NCBI GenBank assembly: GCA_964493515.1
Contig: CAZBNJ010000005.1
Location: forward strand, 1-60,634
Source of the DNA: an uncultured Oscillospiraceae bacterium
GTDB lineage: Bacteria > Bacillota > Clostridia > Oscillospirales > JAAYOS01
DNA: 60,634 nucleotides
Direction: 5' to 3'
Positions within the stretch are counted from its first letter, which is position 1. Each line of letters begins with the position of its first letter. A program made the position numbers and the translations under genes. Below are positions 27,117 through 36,806 of this stretch, piece by piece. The notes under the pieces were generated by a model. The model saw only the letters and a list, made by a program, of their open reading frames with translations, was not told the DNA's origin and did no database searches.

Positions 27117-28412
27117 ATGGCAAAGGTTACCGAGGTAGACGCACGCTCGCCCGCGGCATCGGCGGGTCTCAGGGTCGGCGACGAGCTGAAGGCGATAAAC
27201 GGGCACGAGATACACGACGTGCTCGACCTCATCTTCTACTCCTACGAGCCGTCGTTCATCATCGACGTCGAGCGCGGCGGCAAGCAGATGGGCCTGCGGG
27301 TAAAAAAGCAGGTCGGCGAGCCGCTCGGCGTGGAGTTTGAGAGCTATCTCATCGACCAGCCGCGCTCCTGCCACAACAAATGTGTCTTCTGCTTTATCGA
27401 CCAGATGCCCCCGGGTATGCGCGACACGCTCTATTTCAAGGACGACGACGCGCGGCTGAGCTTCCTCCAGGGCAACTATGTCACGCTGACAAATCTCAGC
27501 GACGCCGACCTCGGTCGCATCGTGGATATGCGGATAAGTCCGATAAACGTGTCGGTACACACCACCAATCCCGAGCTTCGGGTAAAGATGCTGAACAACC
27601 GCTTTGCGGGCGAGAAGCTGGCGTATCTCAAGACGCTCAGCGACGGCGGCGTGGACATAAACGCGCAGATAGTCCTCTGCCCCGGCTGGAACGACCGCGA
27701 CGAGCTCACCCGCACGCTGGAGGATCTCGCAGCGCTGGACGGAGTGGTCAGCTGCTCGGTCGTGCCGGTGGGACTTTCAAAGTACCGCGACGGGCTTGCG
27801 AAGCTCGATCCGGTAACAAAGGAGGACGCGCTGGACATAATAGAGCGCGTGGACAGGGTCGGCGAAAAGTGCCTTGAGACGCGCGGTTTCCGCACCTTCT
27901 ACTGCTCGGACGAGATATTCCTGCTCGCCGAAAAACCGCTGCCCGACATCGACTACTACGAGGACTTCCCGCAGCTTGAAAACGGCGTGGGCATGGCCGC
28001 GCTGTTTATCGACGAGTTCACCGCCCGTCTGGACGAGCTGTCCGAAGATGAGCGCATAGAGCCGTTCACGCTTGCGACCGGCACTCTTTTTTATCCGATA
28101 CTGGTGAAATTAGTTGACCTTTTGCGCGCAAAATGGCATAATATAGATGCCGAAGTGGTTGCGATAAAAAATCGCTTCTTCGGCGAGAGCATAACCGTTG
28201 CCGGACTTGTCACCGGCGGCGACCTCATCGACCAGCTTCGCGGCAGGGTCGAGGGCAGGACACTTATTCTCCCCTCCGCAATGCTGCGCGCGGGCGAGGA
28301 CGTGTTCCTCGACGACGTGAGCGTCGGCGACGTAAAACGGGAGCTTGGGCCGAGCGATGTCCGCACAAACGCGGGCGGCGCGGAGCTGCTCGACGCGATC
28401 TTGGGAATTTAG
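27117..28412 (+). CDS. PDZ plus radical-SAM-like DUF512 protein
   Basis: N-terminal PDZ (AGLRVGDELKAINGH), CHNKCVFCF cluster motif, and the usual clostridial position upstream of der. Confidence 0.85.
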   Translation: MAKVTEVDARSPAASAGLRVGDELKAINGHEIHDVLDLIFYSYEPSFIIDVERGGKQMGLRVKKQVGEPLGVEFESYLIDQPRSCHNKCVFCFIDQMPPGMRDTLYFKDDDARLSFLQGNYVTLTNLSDADLGRIVDMRISPINVSVHTTNPELRVKMLNNRFAGEKLAYLKTLSDGGVDINAQIVLCPGWNDRDELTRTLEDLAALDGVVSCSVVPVGLSKYRDGLAKLDPVTKEDALDIIERVDRVGEKCLETRGFRTFYCSDEIFLLAEKPLPDIDYYEDFPQLENGVGMAALFIDEFTARLDELSEDERIEPFTLATGTLFYPILVKLVDLLRAKWHNIDAEVVAIKNRFFGESITVAGLVTGGDLIDQLRGRVEGRTLILPSAMLRAGEDVFLDDVSVGDVKRELGPSDVRTNAGGAELLDAILGI

Positions 28413-28424
28413 GAGGCAGTACGC

Positions 28425-29768
28425 ATGGGCGCACCGCTTATAGCGATAGTCGGACGGCCGAACGTGGGCAAGAGCCATCTGTTCAACCGTCTGGTGGGCA
28501 AACGAATATCGATAGTCGAGGACACGCCCGGCGTGACCCGCGACCGCATATACGCCGAGTGCGAATGGGCGGGACGTCGGTTCAATCTCGTGGACACCGG
28601 CGGCATAGAGCCGCACACCGGCGACGAAATGCTGCTGTTCATGCGCTCTCAGGCGGACACGGCGATAGACACGGCGGATGTCGTGGTGCTCGTATGCGAC
28701 CTGACCGTCGGCGTGACCGCGGCGGACAAGGACGTGGCGGACATGCTGCTCAAGGCAAAAAAGGCAGTCGTGCTCGCGGTCAACAAGTGCGACAAGCCGG
28801 GAGCGCCCGACCCGCAGCTCTTCGAGTTCTACAATCTCGGTCTCGGCGACCCGATTGCGGTGAGCGCGCTCCAGGGCTACGGCACCGGCGATCTGCTCGA
28901 GGCGTGCATGAACGCGCTGGACAACATGGAAAACGTCGAGGACGACGACGAGCGGATAAACGTGGCGGTCATCGGCAAGCCGAACGCCGGCAAAAGCTCG
29001 CTCATAAACAAGATACTCGGCGAAAAGCGGGTCATCGTAAGCCCGATAGCCGGCACGACGCGCGACGCGATAGACACCCCCTACGAGTGCGAGGAGGGTC
29101 GGTTCAACTTTATCGACACAGCGGGACTTCGCAAGCAGTCCAAGGTGGACGAACAGATCGAGAAATTCAGCGTACTTCGCACCCACATGGCGGTCGAGCG
29201 CGCCGACGTCTGTCTTGTGATGATAGACGCGACCGAGGGCGTGACCGAGCAGGACTCCAAGGTCGCGGGACTCGCGCACGACGCGGGCAAGGCGGTCATC
29301 CTCTGTGTGAACAAGTGGGACGCGGTCGCCGACAAGTCGACCAAAAGCCCGCAGGAGTTCGAGGACAAACTCCGCGCCGAGCTTCCGTTTATGGACTACG
29401 CCCCGGTGGTGTTCATCTCGGCGCTGACCGGACAGCGGGTGCCGAACCTCTTCCCGCTTATCCGCACGGTGCACGACAACACGTCCAAGCGGGTGACCAC
29501 CGGTCAGCTCAACCAGGTGCTCGCCGAGGCGGTCGCGCGGCTTCAGCCGCCGTCCAAAAAGGGCCGCCGTCTGCGCATCTACTACATGACCCAGACCGGC
29601 GTGAAACCGCCGCACTTCGTCACCTTCTGCAACGACGCGACGCTCATGAGCTTCGGCTACAAGCGATACCTCGAGAACCGCATACGCGAGGCATACGGTT
29701 TTGAGGGCACGCCGGTGCGCATATCTGTAAAACAGCGCGGCGAAAACGCGGCGCCGTCGATAGACTAA
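28425..29768 (+). CDS. der: ribosome-associated GTPase Der (EngA)
   Basis: Two tandem G domains (GRPNVGKSHLFN, GKPNAGKSSLIN) and a KH-like C-terminus. Confidence 0.97.
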   Translation: MGAPLIAIVGRPNVGKSHLFNRLVGKRISIVEDTPGVTRDRIYAECEWAGRRFNLVDTGGIEPHTGDEMLLFMRSQADTAIDTADVVVLVCDLTVGVTAADKDVADMLLKAKKAVVLAVNKCDKPGAPDPQLFEFYNLGLGDPIAVSALQGYGTGDLLEACMNALDNMENVEDDDERINVAVIGKPNAGKSSLINKILGEKRVIVSPIAGTTRDAIDTPYECEEGRFNFIDTAGLRKQSKVDEQIEKFSVLRTHMAVERADVCLVMIDATEGVTEQDSKVAGLAHDAGKAVILCVNKWDAVADKSTKSPQEFEDKLRAELPFMDYAPVVFISALTGQRVPNLFPLIRTVHDNTSKRVTTGQLNQVLAEAVARLQPPSKKGRRLRIYYMTQTGVKPPHFVTFCNDATLMSFGYKRYLENRIREAYGFEGTPVRISVKQRGENAAPSID

Positions 29769-29791
29769 GCAAACTTTAAGGGGGATTTCCA

Positions 29792-30448
29792 ATGATCGCA
29801 CTGAAGATAGCACTTACCTGCGTGATAAGCTACCTGCTTGGCAGCCTCAACTTCTCGATAATCTGCTCAAAGGTGTTCAAAAACGACGACGTGCGCGGAC
29901 ACGGCAGCGGAAACGCCGGCATAACCAACTACATCCGAAACTACGGCGGTCTGACCACCCTCATCGTCATGGTCGGCGACATGGGCAAGTGCGTCGCGGC
30001 GGTGCTCGTGTCGCAGTACATATTCCGAGGCGACCTTGTCGCGGGCTATGACATAGCCGACGCGATGAAGTTCCTCGCCGGATTCTTCGTGATGCTCGGG
30101 CATATGTTCCCGCTCTACTTCGGATTCAAGGGCGGCAAGGGCGTGCTGTCCACCGCCGCGCTCATCCTCGCCTTCGACTGGCGGATGTTCCTCATCGGCA
30201 TCAGCATCTTCATCATCATCGTGGTCGTCACCCGATATGTGTCGCTCGGCTCGGTCATAGCGGTGTGGTCGGTGCTGCCGCTCGTGTGGGTGTTCTACCG
30301 CACGGCGCCGCTCGTGTGGGTGTATATGCTCATCTACGCGGCGATCGGCGCGCTGGTCACGATACGCCACAGCTCCAACATCGTGCGGCTGATACACCAC
30401 AACGAATCGAAATTCTCGTTCAGTCACAAGGACAGGAACGAAAAATAA
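29792..30448 (+). CDS. plsY: glycerol-3-phosphate acyltransferase PlsY
   Basis: GSGNAGITN and FKGGKGV motifs in a multi-TM protein. Confidence 0.95.
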   Translation: MIALKIALTCVISYLLGSLNFSIICSKVFKNDDVRGHGSGNAGITNYIRNYGGLTTLIVMVGDMGKCVAAVLVSQYIFRGDLVAGYDIADAMKFLAGFFVMLGHMFPLYFGFKGGKGVLSTAALILAFDWRMFLIGISIFIIIVVVTRYVSLGSVIAVWSVLPLVWVFYRTAPLVWVYMLIYAAIGALVTIRHSSNIVRLIHHNESKFSFSHKDRNEK

Positions 30449-30468
30449 CTTTTTAGGAGGAATTGTAA

Positions 30469-30894
30469 ATGGCAAAGGACGGAAAGAAAGGGTTTGTCGC
30501 CGAATTTAAGGAGTTCATCTCGCGCGGCAACGTGATGGACATGGCTGTCGGTATCATAATCGGCAGCGCGTTCACCAAGATCGTGACCTCGCTTGTCAAC
30601 GACCTTATCATGCCGCTTATCGGCTACATAATCGGCGGTATCAACTTCAGCGAGTTCAAGCTGGTGCTCCGCGAGGCGTCCGAGACGGTCGAGGAGGTCG
30701 CCTTCTGCTACGGCGCGTTTGCCCAGGCGGTCATCGACTTCCTGCTCATCGCGCTGGTGGTGTTCTGCATGATAAAGGCTATGAACCACTTCCGCCGCAA
30801 GAAGGAGGAGCCAGCCCCCGCGCCGGCACCCGACCCCGAGCCTTCCAACGAGGAGAAGCTGCTCACCGAGATACGCGACCTGCTGAAGAAGTGA
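30469..30894 (+). CDS. mscL: large-conductance mechanosensitive channel
   Basis: EFKEFISRGNVMDMAVGIIIGSAF is the MscL signature. Confidence 0.96.
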   Translation: MAKDGKKGFVAEFKEFISRGNVMDMAVGIIIGSAFTKIVTSLVNDLIMPLIGYIIGGINFSEFKLVLREASETVEEVAFCYGAFAQAVIDFLLIALVVFCMIKAMNHFRRKKEEPAPAPAPDPEPSNEEKLLTEIRDLLKK

Positions 30895-30907
30895 TTTTCA
30901 CATACAT

Positions 30908-30943
30908 AAACCCCTCCGTCCCGCAAGAGACAGAGGGGTTTTG
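30908..30943. terminator. terminator between convergent mscL and oxidoreductase genes
   Basis: AAACCCCTC...GAGGGGTTTT. Confidence 0.7.
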
Positions 30944-30956
30944 TTATGCTGTTTTA

Positions 30957-32057
30957 TCAGAGCTTGGCGAAGTAGTCGGCAATCTCGCTCATGCGGGCTT
31001 CCTGTCCCACATTGAACGGGCAGCGCGACTCGCAGTGACCGCACTTCACGCAGCTGTCCGCGCGGACTTCCAGCTTCTTGTAGTGGTCGACCGCCATGCT
31101 GTCCCCCATCCTCGCAAGGTCGTAATACTTGTTTATCAGCGCGACGTTCAGTCCCATCGGGCAGGGCGCGCAGTGGTTGCAGTAGACGCACGCGGGCTGC
31201 TCGTCGCGCGGCGTAAGCTCGCCGAGTATCGAGTAGTCGCGCTCCTCTGCGGACGCGTCGAAGTAGCTGAGCAGCTCCTTGACGTTTTCCACGCTCGCCA
31301 TGCCGGGAAGCACGGTCAGCACGCCCGGCTTGTCCAGCGCGTACTGGATGCACTGATTTTGCGTCAGCGCCCTGCCGAACGGCGAACGCTTCTCGTCGAG
31401 CAGCTGTCCGCCCGAGAAGGTCTTCATCACCGAGATGCCGACGCCTGCCGCCTCGCAGCGACGGTAGAGATCCATGCGCTCGGATGAGCTGCCGTTTGCA
31501 AACTCGCCCTTCGCGTGGTCGTAAGCGGGATTTATCGAGAACATCATCATGTCGACAAGTCCGGTGTCCAGCACGACATTTGCGAGCGCCGGATTGTGCG
31601 TAGACAGTCCGATATGCTTTACCACTCCCTGGCCCTTGAGGTCGAGCAGGTGCTGAAGTATCCCGCCGTCCTGATACTTCTGCCAGTCAGCCACCTCGTC
31701 GATGCAGTGGATGAAGCCGTAGTCTATGTAGTCGGTCTTGAGGTTCTCAAGCTGCATCGCTACCGAACGCTTCACCGTGTCGAGGTCGGTCGACCAGCCG
31801 TACTTGCCCCCGTTCGAGTAGTCCGCGCCGAAATGTATCTGGTAGAGCATCTTGTCGCGAACCGACGCAAGCGCCTTTCCGTAGTAGCCGAAGGTCTTTC
31901 CGCCGCCGGTCGCGAGGTCGGCGTAGTTTATCCCCTGCTCAAACGCGTACTCAAGCGCGGCGACAGCCTCCTTCTCGGGCGCGTCGCAGATATAGCTGGT
32001 GCCGAGACCGATGACGCTTATGCGGTCGCCCGTTCTGCGGTTTATTCTGTACTCCAT
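30957..32057 (-). CDS. aldo/keto reductase with C-terminal 2x[4Fe-4S] ferredoxin-type domain
   Basis: MEYRINRRTGDRISVIGLGTSY AKR N-terminus, and CVYCNHCAPCP / CVKCGHCESRCP cluster motifs. The start is at 32057 (GGGAGGG); the ORF-track extension to 32288 is rejected. Confidence 0.88.
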   Translation of the reverse strand: MEYRINRRTGDRISVIGLGTSYICDAPEKEAVAALEYAFEQGINYADLATGGGKTFGYYGKALASVRDKMLYQIHFGADYSNGGKYGWSTDLDTVKRSVAMQLENLKTDYIDYGFIHCIDEVADWQKYQDGGILQHLLDLKGQGVVKHIGLSTHNPALANVVLDTGLVDMMMFSINPAYDHAKGEFANGSSSERMDLYRRCEAAGVGISVMKTFSGGQLLDEKRSPFGRALTQNQCIQYALDKPGVLTVLPGMASVENVKELLSYFDASAEERDYSILGELTPRDEQPACVYCNHCAPCPMGLNVALINKYYDLARMGDSMAVDHYKKLEVRADSCVKCGHCESRCPFNVGQEARMSEIADYFAKL

Positions 32058-32089
32058 TGTTTTCCCTCCCTTAGGATTTGTTGCAATGC

Positions 32090-32163
32090 AATTATAACGC
32101 CGGTCCGCGCCGTATGCAAATACCTCTTTTCTATATTCGGATATGCTTTTCAGGCATGAAAAA
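32090..32163 (-). repeat. copy B of a ~73-bp conserved promoter module (partner at 58350-58421)
   Basis: On the minus strand it reads TTTTCATGCC..AAAGCAT..CCGAATATAG..AGGTATTTGCATACGGCGCGGACCGGCGTTATAATT. It contains TTGCAT-17-TATAAT. By hand alignment it is about four-fifths identical to copy A. Confidence 0.7.
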
Positions 32164-32214
32164 AGTGCGGCCCGACAGCCTGCCGAACCGCGCTTTTCTC
32201 TCCTGCAAATAAGG

Positions 32215-34989
32215 TCAGATGATCTCGTCCAGCTCCATGCCGTCGGCGTAGCATCCGACGTCCACGCCGTACGCGCGCTCCATGCCAAGCGAGCGCATCG
32301 TGCAGAACAGATTGTTCATCGCGCAGCGCTGGAGATCGCCCAGGCATATCGACGGCTTGCCGACCTTCTCGTTTGCCAGCTTCTCGCCAAACTCCGCCGC
32401 AAAGTCTATCTCGGTGGTGGTCGGCATCTTGGGCATCTTCGGCATCTCCATCTCGCCGGAGGCTATCTTCTTCATCCGCTCCTCCATGAACTCCTGGAAG
32501 CTCATGCCCTCGGGTATCATCTTCTTCCAGAACGGCTCGGGCGGGATATACTCAAGGCCGTACACCGCGCAGAGAATGTTGCGCACCCTGTCGACGCCGC
32601 CGGGCATTATCATGTCGTTGCCCGCGTGCATCGACTTGGACGGAGTGGAGCTGCCGCCGTTCCAGTCGGTCATTATCAGCCCCCTGAATCCCCACTCGCC
32701 GCGCGCGAGGTCGGTGCAGAGGTCAAAGCTGTCGGCGGTCGGAACGCCGTTTATCTTGTTGTAGCTGGTCATTATCGACATCGGCTGCGCGGTGCGGACC
32801 ACTATCTCGAATCCCTTGAGATATATCTCGCGCAGCGTGCGCTCGGTCACTATCGTGTCCACCGCGTTGCGGTTCGACTCCTGGTTGTTCGCGGCGTAGT
32901 GCTTTACGCACGCGCCCACTCCCGGCACCGACTGCAGTCCCTTGGTCATCGCGGCAGCCATCACGCCTGCGACCAGCGGGTCCTCCGCGTAATACTCGAA
33001 GTTGCGTCCGCAGAGCGGGTCGCGGTGGATGTTCATTCCCGGGCCGAGCAGGATGGTCTCGCCTATCTCGCGGCACTCCTCCGCCATGGCGTGTCCGACC
33101 ATCTCAAGCACCTCGGTGTCGAAACTCTGCGCGAGCAGCCAGCCCACCGGCCACGCGGTGCAATACTGATGGCGAAGCTCCTTTTTGCCGGTGTCGACGT
33201 TGGTCGCCTCAAACTCCTGCGTCACGCGCACGCCTCCCGGGCCGTCCGCGAGCACCATCGTCGGTATGCCGTACTTGTCAAACAGCGTGTTCACCGTCTC
33301 GCCTGCGGCGCCCGCGACCGTTGCCGAGCTGCCGCCCACTATCGGCGCGTCCTCGTTGGCGACGCCCCAGCCGGTGCCGCAGTTGAATATCGCAAGCTCC
33401 TCACGGCTCATCCGCGCGACCAGCTGCTCAAGCGTCGCCTTGCCGTCGTACACGTCCTTCAGCGTCACGCCGTCGGATACGACGTTCTTCACGCTCTCAT
33501 AGTCCACCTTCGCCGTATAGTTCGGGTCGGATGTGTAGGTCTCCACCTTCTGGTCGTGATACTTCGACGAGCGGTCGACGCAGGCGAAGCTCTTCGGGTC
33601 AAGCTCGATACGCGGCGCGCCCATGGTGTCCTGCTTTGCGCGCGGCGGCGCGATTATCTCCTGCATATCCTCGCTTATCGGATACTCATTATGTACCTTC
33701 TCGGTCACGACGCGCGCGCCCAGTCCAAGCACCGCCGCCGGAGCGAGCGCCACCGACGAGCTTCCGAACATCAGCAGATAGTCGCCCTGCTCGAGCGCGT
33801 ACTCGGCGCGGTCCTCAAAGAAGCTCGCGCAGTCTCGCAGACGGAACCTCAGCTCCACCCGAACGGTCTCGCCCGGGTCGAGCAGCTTGGTCTTTTTGAA
33901 GCTGACCAGCCGCTTTATCGGCTTCTGAAGCTCGACCTGCGGCTCGGACAGATACAGCTGAACGACCTCCTTGCCCGCGCGGTCGCCTATGTTCTTTACC
34001 TTGACCGAGACCTCGGTCCACTCGCCCTGCTGACGGACCATCGCGTCCGAGATGTCAAAGTGGGTGTAGCTCTTGCCGTAGCCGAACGGATATATCGGCT
34101 TCTTTCCAAAGGTGTCGAACCAGCGATAGCCGACGAATATGCCCTCAGTGTAGCGCTCGACGTCCACGTTGCCGTCGTTCATGGCAAATGTCTCGTGCGC
34201 GGGATAGTCGCTGTAATTCTCCGCCCAGGTCGCGGTCGTCTTGCCCGACGGATTCACCCTGCCGTACAGCACGTCGAGGATGGCTCGACCCGCCTCCTGA
34301 CCGGGCTGTCCGCTGAACAGCACCGCGCCAACGCCGTCAAGGCCCTTGATATACTTCATGTCGATGACGCCGCCGACATTCAGCACCAGAACGGTGTGCT
34401 TAAACGTCTCGCTGACCTCTTTCAGCACCCTCTTTTCGGTGTCCGAAAGCTCGTAGTCGCCAAGCTCGACAAACTCGTCGCCTATCTTCACCTTCTTGGT
34501 CATCGAGCGGTCCGCGCCCTCGCCGGCGTTGCGGGAGAGCACATACACGGCGGTGTCCGCCTTGGAAGCCGCCGTCTTTATCTCCTCGCCCGTCGGCGCG
34601 AATTCGGGATACGCGAATGTCATCATCGGATTGTTCGCGCTCTTCAGCTGCGCCGCGTCATAGCCCTTTGCGTACTCGCGCAGCGACTGCTCGTTGACAA
34701 CGCTTATGCCCTCGGCTATCGCGGCGTCCATAAGGTTTATGTGATAGCGCGGGCTCTGGTTTACCAGCGCGTCGCCGCCTCCGCTGAGTCCTCCGTTGAA
34801 CGGATCGCCCGAGCCGGTTCCGCCGCGGACGGTGCGCACGGCGCCGCTTCCGAACATCGCAAGCGTCTTTGTCTCAAGCGGAAGCGCACCGCTGTTTTCG
34901 AGCAGCACCATACTCTCAACGGCGGCGCGGCGGCAGACCTCCGCGTTGCGCAGTTCGCGCTCGGACATGGGTATTTTCAGTTCGCTCAT
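32215..34989 (-). CDS. glycoside hydrolase family 3 enzyme (large, beta-glucosidase/xylosidase-like)
   Basis: KHYAANNQE, GLIMTDWNG and Fn3-like VQLYLSEP..RLVSFKK blocks. The start is at 34989 (GGAGG). Confidence 0.92.
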   Translation of the reverse strand: MSELKIPMSERELRNAEVCRRAAVESMVLLENSGALPLETKTLAMFGSGAVRTVRGGTGSGDPFNGGLSGGGDALVNQSPRYHINLMDAAIAEGISVVNEQSLREYAKGYDAAQLKSANNPMMTFAYPEFAPTGEEIKTAASKADTAVYVLSRNAGEGADRSMTKKVKIGDEFVELGDYELSDTEKRVLKEVSETFKHTVLVLNVGGVIDMKYIKGLDGVGAVLFSGQPGQEAGRAILDVLYGRVNPSGKTTATWAENYSDYPAHETFAMNDGNVDVERYTEGIFVGYRWFDTFGKKPIYPFGYGKSYTHFDISDAMVRQQGEWTEVSVKVKNIGDRAGKEVVQLYLSEPQVELQKPIKRLVSFKKTKLLDPGETVRVELRFRLRDCASFFEDRAEYALEQGDYLLMFGSSSVALAPAAVLGLGARVVTEKVHNEYPISEDMQEIIAPPRAKQDTMGAPRIELDPKSFACVDRSSKYHDQKVETYTSDPNYTAKVDYESVKNVVSDGVTLKDVYDGKATLEQLVARMSREELAIFNCGTGWGVANEDAPIVGGSSATVAGAAGETVNTLFDKYGIPTMVLADGPGGVRVTQEFEATNVDTGKKELRHQYCTAWPVGWLLAQSFDTEVLEMVGHAMAEECREIGETILLGPGMNIHRDPLCGRNFEYYAEDPLVAGVMAAAMTKGLQSVPGVGACVKHYAANNQESNRNAVDTIVTERTLREIYLKGFEIVVRTAQPMSIMTSYNKINGVPTADSFDLCTDLARGEWGFRGLIMTDWNGGSSTPSKSMHAGNDMIMPGGVDRVRNILCAVYGLEYIPPEPFWKKMIPEGMSFQEFMEERMKKIASGEMEMPKMPKMPTTTEIDFAAEFGEKLANEKVGKPSICLGDLQRCAMNNLFCTMRSLGMERAYGVDVGCYADGMELDEII

Positions 34990-35168
34990 CTCATTTTCCT
35001 CCTTATATCGGTCTATTATGATTTTAGCAGACTTGGCAGGGAAAATCAAGGAAACTATGCTATTTTCACCGCGTTCACCGCAGAAATCTTTTCTTCGCCT
35101 CACCCCTTGCAAACTGCCGAAAACATGGTATACTTGGAGTTAGAAATAACTCTACGGAGGTAAAAAAT

Positions 35169-36347
35169 ATGAAATACGATTTTGATACAGTGCGCAGCCG
35201 CTATAACACCTTTTCGATGAAGTACGACGGCATGGGCAAGCGTTACAAGCCCGGCTTCATCCCGCTGTTCGTCGCCGACATGGATCTCAAGTGCCCGCCC
35301 GCCATCATCGAGGCGATGCACCGCACCGCCGACCACGAGATTTACGGCTACAGCGGCAGCTTTACCGATGATCGCTACAACAACTCTGTCATCCGCTGGT
35401 TCGGTGAGAAGTATGGCTTCCACATCGAGTCGGATTGGATACTCCCCTCCGCCGGCACCTGCTCGGCGATAAACGCCGCCATCCGCGAGTTTTCCAACAT
35501 CGGCGACGGCGTCATCATCTGCCGTCCGGTCTACGGCCACTTCACCGGCATGATCGAGGGCGACTGCCACCGCAAGGCGGTCGACTGCCATCTGATAAAG
35601 GACGATAACGGCAATTTCCGCATGGACTTTGAAAAGCTCGACAAGCTCTGCTCCGAACCGAACAACCGCATCTTCCTGCTCTGCTCGCCGCACAACCCCA
35701 TCGGTCGCGTATGGACGCGCGAGGAGCTGGAAAAGGTGGTCGCGATAACCAAGAAGCACAACGTCATGCTGCTTGTCGACGAGATACACTGCGACATCCG
35801 CCGCGCCGGCATCGACTTCATCCCGGTCGGCACCGTCACAAACGACTACTCGAACATCTGCATCTTCGGCGGACTGGGCAAGACCTTCAACACCGCGGGT
35901 CTCATGTGCTCCAACGCCATAATCCCCGACGAGTTCCTCCGCGCGCGCATCCGCAACGAGCTGAGCGGCGGTCTCAGCCCCTTCGCCATCGCGGCGTGCA
36001 TCGCGGCATACGGCGGCGAGTGCGACGAGTGGGTGGACGAGATGAACAAGTACATAGACGGCAACATCGACTATGTCCTCGACTTCTGCAAAAAGAACCT
36101 GCCATGGGTCGAGGTCGGTCGTCCGGAGGGCACCTACTGCATGTGGTTCGACTTCGGCAAGAGCGGACTTTCGGGCGAGGAGATACACCGCCGCATCTAC
36201 GAGGACGCGAACGTGATACTCCAGGACGGCACCGGTCACGACCCCGAGTTCGGCGCCACCTGCCAGCGTATGTGCACCCCGGTCGCCCGCAGCGTGCTGG
36301 TCGAGGCGATGGAGCGCATCGCCAAGGTGTTCACCGACATAAAGTAA
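35169..36347 (+). CDS. PatB/MalY-type PLP-dependent C-S lyase (class I/II aminotransferase fold)
   Basis: YDFDTVRSRYNTFSMKYD start, LCSPHNPIGRVW, and GGLGKTFNTAGL (PLP Lys). Confidence 0.88.
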   Translation: MKYDFDTVRSRYNTFSMKYDGMGKRYKPGFIPLFVADMDLKCPPAIIEAMHRTADHEIYGYSGSFTDDRYNNSVIRWFGEKYGFHIESDWILPSAGTCSAINAAIREFSNIGDGVIICRPVYGHFTGMIEGDCHRKAVDCHLIKDDNGNFRMDFEKLDKLCSEPNNRIFLLCSPHNPIGRVWTREELEKVVAITKKHNVMLLVDEIHCDIRRAGIDFIPVGTVTNDYSNICIFGGLGKTFNTAGLMCSNAIIPDEFLRARIRNELSGGLSPFAIAACIAAYGGECDEWVDEMNKYIDGNIDYVLDFCKKNLPWVEVGRPEGTYCMWFDFGKSGLSGEEIHRRIYEDANVILQDGTGHDPEFGATCQRMCTPVARSVLVEAMERIAKVFTDIK

Positions 36348-36360
36348 GCCCCGAGCCGCG

Positions 36361-36726
36361 ATGACTCTTGAAAGACTGCCATACAGCCTAACGGTCTGCA
36401 AGGTCGGTTCGATGTCGGACATCGACCTTACGAGCGATTTCTTCTTCGTCGGCAGAACGGACGAGGAGCTGTCGCTTGTCTGCAAGACCGAGGATGTCCC
36501 CGTCCGCACGACGGCGCGCGAGGACGGATGGCGCGGGTTTCGCATCTGCGGGACGCTGGATTTCTCCCTTGTCGGGATACTGTCCAAGCTGTCCGGCGCG
36601 CTTGCGGAAAGCGGGATAGGCATCTTTGCCGTGTCCACATACAACACCGACTACATCCTTGTCAAGGCTGAAAACTTCGACCGCGCAAGCGATGTGTTGA
36701 GGTCGGTCGGTTGCGATATGCTATAA
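36361..36726 (+). CDS. ACT-domain protein
   Basis: 121 aa with YSLTVCKV...DEELSLVC...GILSKLSGALAESGIGIFAVSTYNTDYILVK, the ACT_7-type pattern. Confidence 0.8.
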   Translation: MTLERLPYSLTVCKVGSMSDIDLTSDFFFVGRTDEELSLVCKTEDVPVRTTAREDGWRGFRICGTLDFSLVGILSKLSGALAESGIGIFAVSTYNTDYILVKAENFDRASDVLRSVGCDML

Positions 36727-36752
36727 AGTTTTGCCGACAGCTTAAAGGGTAC

Positions 36753-36785
36753 AAAAAAGAGACGGACGCGTGTCCGTCTCTTTTT
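36753..36785. terminator. bidirectional terminator
   Basis: AAAAAAGAGACGGAC-GCGT-GTCCGTCTCTTTTT. Confidence 0.85.
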
Positions 36786-36806
36786 GTGTTCGATTTTGGC
36801 TCGATG

